Assembly: GCF_006345805.1 (NCBI RefSeq)
Contig: NC_042998.1
Coordinates: 26,040,001-26,104,000, forward strand
Length of the DNA: 64,000 bases
Direction of reading: 5' to 3'
Source of the DNA: Octopus sinensis
Lineage: Eukaryota
In this document: positions 24,870-36,589 of the stretch, in pieces
Position numbering within the stretch: the stretch's first letter is position 1
Layout of the letters: the number at the start of each line of letters is the position of its first letter
Notes under the pieces: generated by a model
Databases searched by the model: none
What the model was told of the DNA's origin: nothing
What the model saw: the letters and a program-made list of their open reading frames with translations, nothing else
Made by a program: the position numbers and the translations under genes

Positions 24870-25050
24870 CACTGCAAAATACCTTACCTTAGGAATGAGA
24901 ACCCAGGTTTGAAATTTCCCCAGGACACCCGATGAAGGCTGGAGGGTATATCAACCGAAATGTTGTGTTAACAACAAACAGGATAAGGACGAATATCCAT
25001 CAAATGTAAATAATGTAAATAATTCCTCATCTCTTAAATATAAAACTGGT
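24640..25050 (+). mobile_element. tRNA-head/(AAT)n/Penelope-like tail composite with a degenerate hammerhead motif
   Basis: B box gttcgattcc at about 24656; acac-CCGATGA-aggctg..caacc-GAAA-tgtt-gtgt at about 24925-24968; tail identical in type to 21855-22010. Confidence 0.6.
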
Positions 25051-25221
25051 TAAATTTTAATTTCAAATTTTTCCAAAATTGACTTTATCTTTCAACCTGT
25101 CGGGTTCAATAAAATAAGCACCAGTTAAACACTGGGGTCAGCTTAATCAGCTTACCCACTCTCCCCGAAACTGCTGGCCTTGTGCCAAAATTTGAAACCA
25201 ATATAAGCTAGAAAGAAAGTG

Positions 25222-25833
25222 CTCTTTTATTTGTTTCAGTCATTTGACTGTGGCCATGCTGAAGCACCACTTTTAGTTGAGCAAATCAACCCCAGGACTT
25301 ATTCTTTGTAAGCCTAGTATTTATTCTATCGGTCTGTTTTGTCAAACCGCTAAGTTATGGGAATGTAAACACACCAACATTGGTTGTCAAGCAACAGTGG
25401 GGGGACGAACACAGACACACAAACACACACACATACATATTTATCTATATATGTGTGTGTGTAGGACTGCTTTGGCCAGATCATGTTCTGCCCTTACCTT
25501 CGAAACTCGCATTGAGTCGAACCAGGGGCAGCTGATGAAGGGGAATATTCCTTGTATTGTTTGTCTTGTACTCTGTTTTTTCGTTGTTAAAAAAAGTCCG
25601 TTTCCTTGTTTGTTTTTATGTTTTCATTTCTCATTGTGTTCTACGTTTATTTGTGGTGTCCTGTACTCATATATATATATGAATGTGTATATACATATAG
25701 ATGTAGGTATGTACATATATGTATGTATGTATGCATATGTTTTATTTGTTAAATTGTTATTATATGATTAAATGCCTCGCGTCACTTTCTTATCTCTCCA
25801 AGTAAGTTTTTATTATATATACATGTAGTTATA

Positions 25834-25866
<33 letters not shown>

Positions 25867-26028
25867 GTATGTACGATGAGCTTCTTTCAGTTTCCGTCAT
25901 ACAAATCCACTCACAAGGCTTTGGTCAGCTCAAAGCTTTAGTAGAAGACACTTGCCCGAGGTGCCAGGCAGTGGGACTGAACCCAGAACCATGTGGTTGG
26001 TAAGCAAGCTTTTTACCACACAGCCACT
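25222..26028 (-). mobile_element. SINE family A split at its internal microsatellite by a roughly 400-bp insertion
   Basis: 3' half 25222-25450, 5' half 25865-26028; the insert contains ctgatga plus a hairpin at about 25532. Confidence 0.75.
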
Positions 26029-26829
26029 AAATTTTTCCTAATGGATTTTCTTCTTTCTCTTGAGTTTCTCTTCATTACATGTCTCTCTTCCACTTCTTAG
26101 ACTCTTATACCCTTTTCGCCATCCATAACTTCTTCTTCTCTAATTCTTTCTTTCACCTCATTATCTTCACCTTCAAGTTCCATTTCTCCATAAATTTGTA
26201 GAAGGTCTTTCCTGTATTATGAAATTATCAAGTCTCAGTCAAGAATGAAATGATCTCTTCTTTTGCTCTCATAAATAATAAGGAAAATAATAAAAAAACA
26301 ATAAACGAACATAATGAAAAGAAAATGCTGAATATATCAAAATGTTCGCTTTATTTAATATAAAATTATCAAATTCATGAGTACTTTCCTGGAAAGATGC
26401 TATTAATTAGTTTTCAGCTGAATATCATATTAAAAGTTATTAAGTTATTACAAAATTAAGTTGGGTAAGATGTCATTGATTGAAATCTCTTGTTGAGAAT
26501 GAAGCATGAATGTTAAAAAGATATCTTGCAACCATCTTTCATATATATTTAATATATTAGTCTTTGAGTTCTTCTTTTGTTTTTGTTTTTGTTTTTTGTT
26601 TTTTTGTTTTTTTTCCTTATAGAGTCATTTGAAATATAATATACTCTAACCGAATCATTATCACTAATATTTCAAAATGGAAATTAAAGTAAACTATAAA
26701 ATGTTCCATAACAGATAATCAACTTTATTAGAATAACTTAATAAATATCTGGTAAATATCAAGAGTTGCAAACAAAGACATATTTCAAAGCATCTCAGAA
26801 GAGATATTTGAAACAATAAATTTCCCAAA

Positions 26830-27415
26830 ACAGACTAAGTAGAAGACTCATATGTAGAAGACTCATACGTAGAAGACCCATAAGTAGAAAACTCATCAGT
26901 AGAAATAGAAGACCCATAAGTAGAAGGCTCATTAGCAGAAACAGAAGACACATAAGTAGAAGGCTCATAAGTAGAAGACTCATAAGTAGAAGGCTCATAA
27001 GTAGAAACAGAAGACCCATAAATAGAAGGCTCATAAGTAGAAGACTCATAAGTAGAAATAGAAGACCCATAAGTAGAAGGCTCATAAGTAGACGGTTCAT
27101 AAGTAGAAGGCTCATAAGTAGAAGACTCATAAGTAGAAACAGAAGACCCATAAGTAGAAGGCTCATAAGTAGAAACAGAAGACTCATAAATAGAAGGCTC
27201 ATAAGTAGAAGACTCATAAGTAGAAATAGAAGACCCATAAGTAGACGGTTCATAAGTAGAAACAGAAGACTCATAAATAGAAGGCTCATAAGTAGAAGAC
27301 TCATAAGTAGAAATAGAAGACCCATAAGTAGAAGGCTCGTAAGTAGAAATAGAAGACTCATAGGTAGAAATAGAAGACTCATAAGTAGAGGGCTCATAAG
27401 TAGAAGACTCATAAG
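26830..27415. repeat. Minisatellite of 15- and 21-bp units (cataagtagaa[ggct|gact|acagaagacc])
   Basis: About 35 units, all multiples of 3 nt. Confidence 0.95.
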
Positions 27416-28026
27416 ATCTGTCTTATGAGTCTTTCCTCAGCTATTCGAATCATATGCTCACAGTACTTGAGTTGTGATCTCTTGATGTGAAGAAATAACA
27501 GCTCAGCCTGGAGCTATGCAACCTAATGGTGTTTTGCAAACAAATTGCATACGTGAGTGCTACCAACCGAAAGCTCCACATACCAGAAGCCAGCAAGTGT
27601 ATGGAGTCATCAGGAGAGAATGCATGCCATTTCAGGGCCTACCTCACAACAGTATCATTGCACACCAGCTTCCCTCACTGACATTAGGTCCCCACTTGCG
27701 AGATCAACTGGTTATCAGATATAGCTCATTGTTTTTCCAGCCATTGCTCATCGTCTCTTGTTAACCAAATCCAAAGGCTAACCTTTTACCTCAGTAACCT
27801 TTTGGAGGCACCTCATCCTGCCACTGATATGTGAGATTTTTCTAAGACAGCCAACTGGCAGATCCGTGTTGGACAAAATTCTTTGTGGCAATTTATTTGT
27901 CTTCATGTTCTTACTTCAAATCCTGCCAAGGTTGACTTTGCCTTTCATCCTTTGTTGGTTGATGAAATAAGTACCAGTCGAATACTGGGGTTGATGTAAA
28001 CAACTTACCCCCAATCCCGAAATTGT

Positions 28027-28580
28027 ATGACCCCATACACTTGCTGGCTTCTGGTATATGGAGCTTTCAGTTGGTAGCACTCACATGTGCAAGTTGTTTG
28101 CAAAACATCATTAGGTTGCATAGCTCAGAGATCAGGGCATTGCTCCAGGCTGAGCTGTTATTTCTTCACATCAAGAGATCACAACTCAAGTACTGTGAGC
28201 ATAGGATTGTGCCAAAATTTGAAACCAGTATTTGAGATTGTACCCTTTCACTCACTACTTCTGATTCATGATCATTCAGGTAAGGGCAAACATGCAAACC
28301 AAATTAAAAATGTCGGGTCTAACTTTTTTAATACCCACCCCTTCCTGACTTACTTCTTTTGATGACTGAATGCTGAAACTCACACATGTTGCACTCAATC
28401 CAGGACCAAGGTCAACCAACAGGAGGCCCAGAAGTAACCTCAAGTGAGATGCTTAAATAATATCTTAGCTTTGCTTGGTCTTTGCTAATATCTTAGCTTT
28501 CATTGAGGACCAAACCAGATCATTTGCTAATAGTTGCTTCTGATAGAAACTTCTGGAATGCATATCTGAGGACTCTATTT
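28027..28580 (+). mobile_element. Degraded RTE LINE 3' end; part of it is duplicated in inverted orientation at 27448-27610
   Basis: Translation RLHSSEIRALLQAELLFLHIKRSQL resembles the RTE ORF2 C-terminus; later RRPR and VASDR..W-like motifs. Confidence 0.6.
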
Positions 28581-28781
28581 ACCACAATCCTTATGGGAAC
28601 AAATGGATAATGATGAAGATGGGTGGAAAGATAAAAGTAGTTTCTATCAGGTGTTCATAGGTAATATAATGGCTTACTTTGTCATTAATTAGTATACCAA
28701 TGCATATTATTCCTATACTAATATACACTATCCCATTGGTATAATTTATTAAATTAGATCATTGGAAATTTTAGTTAATTA

Positions 28782-29166
28782 GGTGTAGGAGTGGCTGTGT
28801 GGTATGTAGCTTGCTTACCAACCATATGGTTCTGGGTTCACTCCCACTGCGTAGCACCTTAGGCAAGTGTCTTCTACTATAGCCTCGGGCTGACCAAAGA
28901 CTTGTGAGTGGATTTGGTAGATGGAAACTGAAAGAAGCCTGTCGTATATATGTATGTGTGTGTATATGTTTCTTCCTCCAACATCGCTTGACAACTGATG
29001 CTGGTGTGTTTATGTCACCATAACTTAGCGGTTCAATAAAAGAGACAGATAGAATAAGTACTAGGCTTACAAAGAATAAGTCCTGGGGTTGATTTGCTCG
29101 ACTAAAGGCGGTGCTCCAGCATGGCCACGGTCAAATGACTGAAACAAGTAAAAGAGTGAAAAGAGT
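28782..29166 (+). mobile_element. Full-length SINE family A
   Basis: ggagtggctgtgtggtatgtagc ... gaaacaagtaaaagagtgaaaagag. Confidence 0.9.
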
Positions 29167-29306
29167 AATTAAATCATGAACATTACAACTAAAACTTGTT
29201 TAAATTGTTACATATTTGGTTTAAATAGCATGGATGATATTGTAAGAAATCTAGGCCAGTAGGGACAATGAACAGTAGTAGATAGAACGGTATAAGATAT
29301 CACTTA

Positions 29307-29905
29307 AGGCAGCGAGCTGGCAGAAGTGTTAGCACATCAGTCGAAATGCATAGCCATATTCGTATGCTATTACGTTCTGAGTTCAAATTCCGCCGAGGTT
29401 GACTTTGCCTTTCATCCTTTCGAGGTCGATAAATTAAGTACCTGTTATGCACTAGAGTCGATGTAATCGGCTTAATCCCTTTGTCTGTCCTTGTTTGTCC
29501 CCTGTATGTTTAGCCCCTTGTGGGTAGTAAAGAAATAGGTATTTCATCTGCCACTACGTTCTGAGTTCAAATTCTGCCAAGGTTGACTTTGCCTTTCATC
29601 CTTTCGGTGTCGATAAATTAAGTACCAGTTACACACTGGAGTCGATATAATCGACTTAATCCGTTTGTCTGTCCTTGTTTGTCCTCTCTATGTTTAGCCC
29701 CTTGTGGGTAGTAAAGAAATAGGTATTTCATCTGCCACTACGTTCTGAGTTCAAATTCCGCCGAAGTTGACTTTGCCTTTCATCCTTTCGGGGTCGATAA
29801 ATTAAGTACCGGTTATGCACTGAGGTCGATGTAATCGACTTAATCTGTTTGTCTGTCCTTGTTTGTCCTGTCTGTGTTTAGCTCCTTGTGGGCAATAAAG
29901 AAATA
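29307..29905 (+). mobile_element. SINE family B trimer (one head, three bodies of about 180 bp)
   Basis: 'cgttctgagttcaaattc' at about 29373, 29557 and 29739; 16-bp TSD tataagatatcactta at 29291-29306 and 29910-29925. Confidence 0.88.
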
Positions 29906-30611
29906 TATATATAAGATATCACTTATATATATAAGATATAACTTCTGGTAGATAATAAAAATTTTATTCACAATTTCACTAGTCCCTGTTTCTTCCATAT
30001 TGAATATTAGCAAACAGAAAGGAAGCTAACCTTATGTCTTCTAAATTTGAATTATATGAACTTCATTGGTTGCTGAAAAATTTGTTTGAATATATCAATT
30101 ATATACTATATCAGACACGTAGAAGAGAATCTAAGAATTTTCTGGCTAAAACTGATTTAATTATGAGAAGAAAATGGATATAAAAAAATTTCTATTTGAA
30201 AATCTTTAGATCACCTTTACAATTTAATTTGGCTTCATCTACTTCGTTTTAAAACTGATTCATATGTATGTATGTGTGTATGTATGTATGCATGCATGTA
30301 TCTATGTATGTATGTATGTACATATATATGTAAGTATGTACATGCATACATATGTATGTATATGTATATATCTATGTATTTATATATCTGTATATATATA
30401 TCTGTATATATATATATATAAGAAAAAACACCTTTTATATTCCCTCATATTATTGTTATTATTATTATTTTATATATATATAATATATATATATATAATA
30501 TATGTAGTCAATTTACATATGTCTGTATATGTATATATGTATGTATTTATAAATCTGTATATATATATATATATCTATATATATATATATATACATATAT
30601 ATATCTGTATA

Positions 30612-30664
<53 letters not shown>

Positions 30665-30724
30665 TATTAGAAAAAACCCACCTTTTTATATCCCTCATAT
30701 CATTATTAATTATTATTTTATTTT

Positions 30725-30795
<71 letters not shown>

Positions 30796-31048
30796 GTAGT
30801 CAATTTAAAGAACAAACAATTAAAAAGCAAAAAAAAACGAATGTGAGGGTGGGAACAAGCAATATATTAATTTGATGCATGGTGAGAGGAGAAAGTTGTT
30901 AACATTTAGAGTATAGTGCTTCATCAGAAAGAGGAAAGTCCAAGGACAAAGAAGGATAAATAGGGAAAAAATCATCGGCAATTCACGTGGTTACATGTAT
31001 GTATATATCTATACATATATATGTATATGCATATATATGTCTATATTT

Positions 31049-31084
<36 letters not shown>

Positions 31085-31161
31085 ATAAATATTAGGAATA
31101 AATCCAAATTTACAGGGAAAAATCAGATTTAGGATTAAATCCAATTTTATAGTAAAATATT

Positions 31162-31320
31162 ATAAAATATTATTAGAGACAAACCACTATTTTGCAAAAC
31201 AAACAGGAAAGACTTAATCAATACATAAAATTTTAATAAATAGTCAAAAATTTATGTATTGATTAAGTCTTTCCTTGTTTGTTTTGCAAAATAGTGGTTT
31301 TGTCTCTAATAATATTTTAT
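31162..31320. repeat. Fold-back inverted repeat, about 72-bp arms, about 12-bp spacer, between (TA)n tracts
   Basis: ataaaatattattagagacaaaccactattttgcaaaac...aatacataaaattt is the reverse complement of aaatttatgtatt...gtctctaataatattttat. Confidence 0.9.
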
Positions 31321-31693
31321 ATATATATATATATATTTGTATGTAATATATATGTATGTGTGTATATATATATATATATACACACACGCACACATACATA
31401 TATATTACATACATATATATATTATACATTACATACATATACATCTATGGATACATACATATGTATACATACTAATATTTAAGTGTGTATATGTGCCCAC
31501 ACATGTGTGTGTGTGTACATACTATATTTTAACATGTATATGGAACCCTCTAATTTTAGGGGTTTCAAATTTGGAAAATAATATTATCCCTTTATAAGAA
31601 ATTCCCGTATTTTTTAACCTAATTTTTGACAAAAAAAGGGTTCCTTATATGTGTTAAAATATGGTACGTACTTATATCTATAAATCTATGTAA

Positions 31694-31741
<48 letters not shown>

Positions 31742-32099
31742 GATATATATATATATATACATGAATATTTGTATATTTACATATATATATGTATATTACA
31801 TATATGTGCATGTGCGTGCGTGTGTCTGCCTGTGTATAATATATATATCAATATACATATATATGAATGTAATATACACATACACACAGGCACATGCACA
31901 CGCACATACATACACGTGTGTGCATGAAAGTATTCATTGATTTTCCGTTGCTAGCCCTATGGCTTGTTTGTAATAGCAGTCAAGCAAAGGATGTGTTCTC
32001 AGAAGTAAGCCTTATATCCTATAAATCAGGAAAGCACAATCTTTTACATCAACTATTCTCCATGGTAGCATACAAATCGAACTGATCAAGTAAAAAACT

Positions 32100-32410
32100 G
32101 ATACTGAATACTACAGTGTTGGTGTTTGTTCCTTCTCAAGCCATTCCTGGCTCATAAAGGCCAGTTTCCTGGTTTCATTGGCATATATGTTCCCCACCTG
32201 GATGGACACTGGTCTGTCACAGGTGAGCTGCTAGATGCAGGAAGAAAGCGTGAGAGAAAGTTGTGGCAGAAAAGTCAGCAGAAATTCGCTATTACCTTCT
32301 GTCAGAGCTTAGGTGTTTTGCTCATAAACACACGCATTGCCTAGTCTGAGATTCGAACCTGTGATCCCTCGACTACAAGTCCACTGCTCTAACCACTGGG
32401 CCATGTGCCT
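32100..32410 (-). mobile_element. tRNA-derived SINE (family C-like)
   Basis: Reverse A and B boxes (gagattcgaacc; ctaaccactgggccatg); 3' end matches the 1650-2287 units. Confidence 0.75.
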
Positions 32411-32736
32411 TCATGAACGATACAGTCGGGTAGAAAAATTAGGAAATTGAATTGTAAATCTTAATAAGTAGTGCTATTGATATGAGAAAAGAAACAAAAC
32501 AACCGGAAGAAGAAGACAATAAAATCCCTTCAAATACAAGCAGTCTGAGATTCGAACCCGCGATCCCTCGACCACAAGCCCACCGCTCTAACCACTGGGC
32601 CATGTGCCTCCATGAATGATACAGTAGGGTAGAAAAATTAGGAAATTGAATTGTAAATCTTAATAAGTAGTAGTATTGATATGAGAAAAGAAACAAAACA
32701 ACCGAAAGAAGACAACAAAATCCCTTTAAATACAAG
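32344..32736. repeat. Tandem duplication, about 199-bp unit (SINE head plus flank)
   Basis: 'gtctgagattcgaacc' at 32344 and 32543; about 90% identity by eye. Confidence 0.88.
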
Positions 32737-33918
32737 TGGTGGGAAACTTAGAAGTTTGAAAGCTGTCGTCTGCTAAAAATTATGATCAAAGATCAATATT
32801 AAAAATTCATGATCAAGTTGGTAGATCAAAAATATTAGTACAAGGTTATAAAACCATCTATCATTATTGTAAAGCACAAACTTTCCATCATTCACGTGTA
32901 ATCACTCTGGAAGCCATCAAAGATATAAGAACTTGTTTGTTTTGCATTATTGATAAACTCCCATTAACAAACCTAATGGGGATTTTAAGTATTGAAATAG
33001 ATAACATAACTTTACCCAGAGGCAGTTAGATAATCCATAAAGACATTGTACTAAATCATCAAAAAGGAGAGAGGAAAAAAATGTTAAATATGTATAGATG
33101 TAAGTTAATTGAGTGTAAAGAATGAATCAGAATAAAGCAAAAAAAAATGAGAATATCACATTGAAAACAAGTCTTTCGTAACAATAAGATTTATCAACTT
33201 GGCGCCTCTTTTTTTAAAACAATCATATTTCAGAAAGGGAATGTTATATGATTTTTACTAGTATTATAATTTAGTAAGGAAAAATAAACTTGAAATAAAC
33301 TATCCGGGCTGATAAATATGTACAAACATCATATAAATTATGAATAAGTGCTTCTTTTATTGAAAATAATCTTTTGAAGAAATCAGTGAACCAAATAATC
33401 AGCAAACATCGAAAAAAATGCATAAAAGAGAATAATTTCGGTGTATAATAAATTAATGTACACAGCAATTAATACTTTCCTTTCAGAGGATAATAAATTA
33501 GAAGTGACTACTAAGGTTTAAGTGGAAACTGTCATAACCTAGTGGCTGATTACTTTAGACTATTATACTTTCAGGTTTAGCAAAACTGAGAATATTTACA
33601 CCTATCTGAATCAATTAACTTATTACTAAGCCAAAGTGACATCTGATGATTATCTTTAAGATGTTCTATTTCTCACCTTTCATGTTACCATTATATTGTG
33701 ATCTTGAGAAGCATAGGTATCGTAAAGCACTGCAGAGTAGGCCGAAAACCAATATCAGACACAAGGGATTTTGTAGAATGGATATTTTCAATTACTGATT
33801 AGAAAATTTTATATCCTGCCAGAAAAACCTGATTTGTTTTCCTTCTTTATAGATTAATGTTTCACCAGAGAACTTCACATGTTTATTTTTATTTTTATTT
33901 ATTGATTTCACTTTACAG

Positions 33919-33948
33919 ACACCATCGATCACCTCAAGACTATGTTAG
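33919..33948 (+). CDS. Candidate 30-nt internal exon (xTIDHLKTML), unknown gene
   Basis: Long pyrimidine tract ending ttacag, donor AG|gtatat, phase 1 to phase 1, compatible with 35457. Confidence 0.25.
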   Translation, partial: TPSITSRLC

Positions 33949-35456
33949 GTATATTTCACCAGGGTACATTGAAACACTGGTGATTTGGTTAGTACATTAC
34001 ATTATAGCAACATATCGCAATATTAGACATAAATATCACCGTCCAAATTGTTTTTCAACTTTATATCAAATTAAGTCTTTGTTTTTAAGAAGATTTTTAT
34101 TTTAGGCCAAGACTTCAATCTCAGTTTTAAAAAGCTGATGACTATATAATTCAAAGTAAATAAAGAACAATAAATAAACATATTTTTTATAATAATTTAA
34201 ATTTATAATTCTGTAGATGCTTATAACTAAGACTCGGGAATTTCAATGATTAAGTCCATCTAGCTACAGATAGATGTCGTGGAAAGATAGTACTTACTAT
34301 TGCTAAAATATGAGTATTATGTGACTGACATCGTATGTTGTTAGTTCTTAGTGCTAATCTTGTAATTGTAGACCAGCATATATATATGTTTTAGCAGCAG
34401 ACTAAAATCCAATGCACAGATTGTACATTCTCAACCTTACATACAATTATAGTCAGGCATTCTGATCAACTGCCAAAACAATTTCCTTCAATTCTTCCAA
34501 ATTATCCTACCCACCTTTCTGTAACCCAGACAGCAATAATACTACAGCGGTACCTACTTTTCTCTCTCTGTTTTCTATTCATTTAATACATCCCTCTTTG
34601 ACTTCTTTTCCTTCCTATTATTCTCTATGGAAGGCAAGTAACACAGCAAAGTAGCTGGACCTGATGACATTCTAGTTCTCTTCAACTCTCTCTCTCCTAC
34701 TCTCTCTTCTACTCTCTCTCCTACTCTCTCTTCTGCTCTCTCTCCTTCTCTCTTTTTCTCCCCCACCTACTCTTAAATTGACCCCTGACTTTACTAAACT
34801 TTACTATATTCCTCTGTCTTGCTTTTTCTCAAAGGATATTTATTGTGAGATATGAAAGCATGCAAATGAGTTCAACATCTCAAATGATTAAAAAACAAAC
34901 AAAAAAAGTCATAAAATTTCTAACTCAAACATCATTAAATATATATCTAATTAACGAGTATTTTATATACTCATACAATAAATTGTATTGCTTAATTTCA
35001 GAAGGTGGAGTAACGCTTTGCACTTAACTGTTATAGACTTTTAAGAGATCATCAGTCACAGTTTTCATTGCCTCATATTAACATTCTGCTGCAAGCATTA
35101 AAATATTTAATGGACCCATTAAAAGTATTTGAAACAAAATTCTTTATTAGAAGTGGAACCAAACAATTACTAATATAAACAAATAACTATTTGATCAGTT
35201 TCTTTTTTTATGACAAATTATTCATTATCTTCTAACCTGGATATATTTTTCAAAGAATTACACAACATTAATTCATTATTATGAGCTTATAGTTGTTATG
35301 TTAAATAAAGAATTAGAAATCTTAAAAATAAAATAGAAACAAATATTTATTATAATTCATGGCTGATATTGTTGTCAAAATAACTGAATTTGCATTCAAT
35401 GTTATTGAATTGTACAAGATATGCATGTAGTGTAATGCTTTAATTCATTGCTTCAG

Positions 35457-35590
35457 AAGACAACAGCTTTGAGGTTAATACTATTTCCATTACACAAGAT
35501 GAGTCATTGGTGCAATGCGCATTAATACATGAGAGTAAAGATTGTGTATGCAAACGGATTTCTGATTCAAATAAGCATACCTCCAACTAG
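35457..35590 (+). CDS. Candidate terminal exon (EDNSFEVNTISITQDESLVQCALIHESKDCVCKRISDSNKHTSN*), unknown gene
   Basis: Acceptor taattcattgcttcag, 44 open codons in about 70% AT DNA, downstream aataaa motifs; no family recognised. Confidence 0.3.
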
Positions 35591-36589
35591 AAGAAATAAA
35601 CATTGATGGATGGATGTTTTCTGTTCTTCAACACAAAGACACCATTTTCTATATGTGACATGATAATGGAAAATAATGCAGTAGATTAGCTGAGCAGTTA
35701 TTCATTCCTTAATCTTTTCATTCAAGCAGCTATTTTACAGCCTTACTTTAAGGAATAAAATAGATGGAATATAATTTTATGTCACATAACTAAAATAAAA
35801 TAGTTGTTCAAAGAAATTGTTAATAGGTTTCCATCTGTAGCAAACAAGATAATCTTTACTTGAACATGAACATTCTAAAAGCTGTTATCATACTTAATTC
35901 AATGTTATATGAATTATTTATTCTATGCAAAGTAAGTGTCATTTACTGTTTACCATTTCATTCACATGATTCCAATATAAAAGAAGATGTCCTATTTATG
36001 CTCTTTCCATACATGGATCTTTATAGACTATCATATTAAAATGTCTAGCTAACCAGAAGACTTTGACAATAAGTGGCATACTAAGAATTTTGATGAAAAT
36101 ATTTTCTTTATGTTACTTTCGTACAAGATTTTGATATTTATTTTGGTTGTGTTTCCCCCTAAAATAAAACTACGAAATACTTGTCTGATTCTGAATTTCA
36201 ATGTGACGAGAGAAAGCTCATTTTTTTTTCTTGTCATTATTTATTCTACTCTGCTTACTTCTCGTTGTAATGCCAGTTATTCTGATGGTTTTCTCAGACA
36301 AAAAACAAAAAAAAAAAAAAACTATAGAAGTCTAGAAATAATCTGAGCTGGAAATAATTATAAAATTAGAAATTCAACAATGCAAGAGAATTACAAGTTT
36401 AATTATATTTTTGTGGGGATGATTGCGTGTTTGATTAGGCAAGCAGCAGACGAAGTACTTAGGTTGATATAATTGATTAAAGCCCTACAAAGTAGCGCCT
36501 TGATATGGCCTTAAGCCAATCAAGCCAAAGATCGAAGCCAGTAAATGTGTAAAAGAATACAATAAATGTTTCCTTTCTATTTTGTTTAT

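Noticed and set aside
25525-25560. ctgatga plus hairpin as an intact hammerhead
   Set aside because: No downstream GAAA or stem III in this copy.
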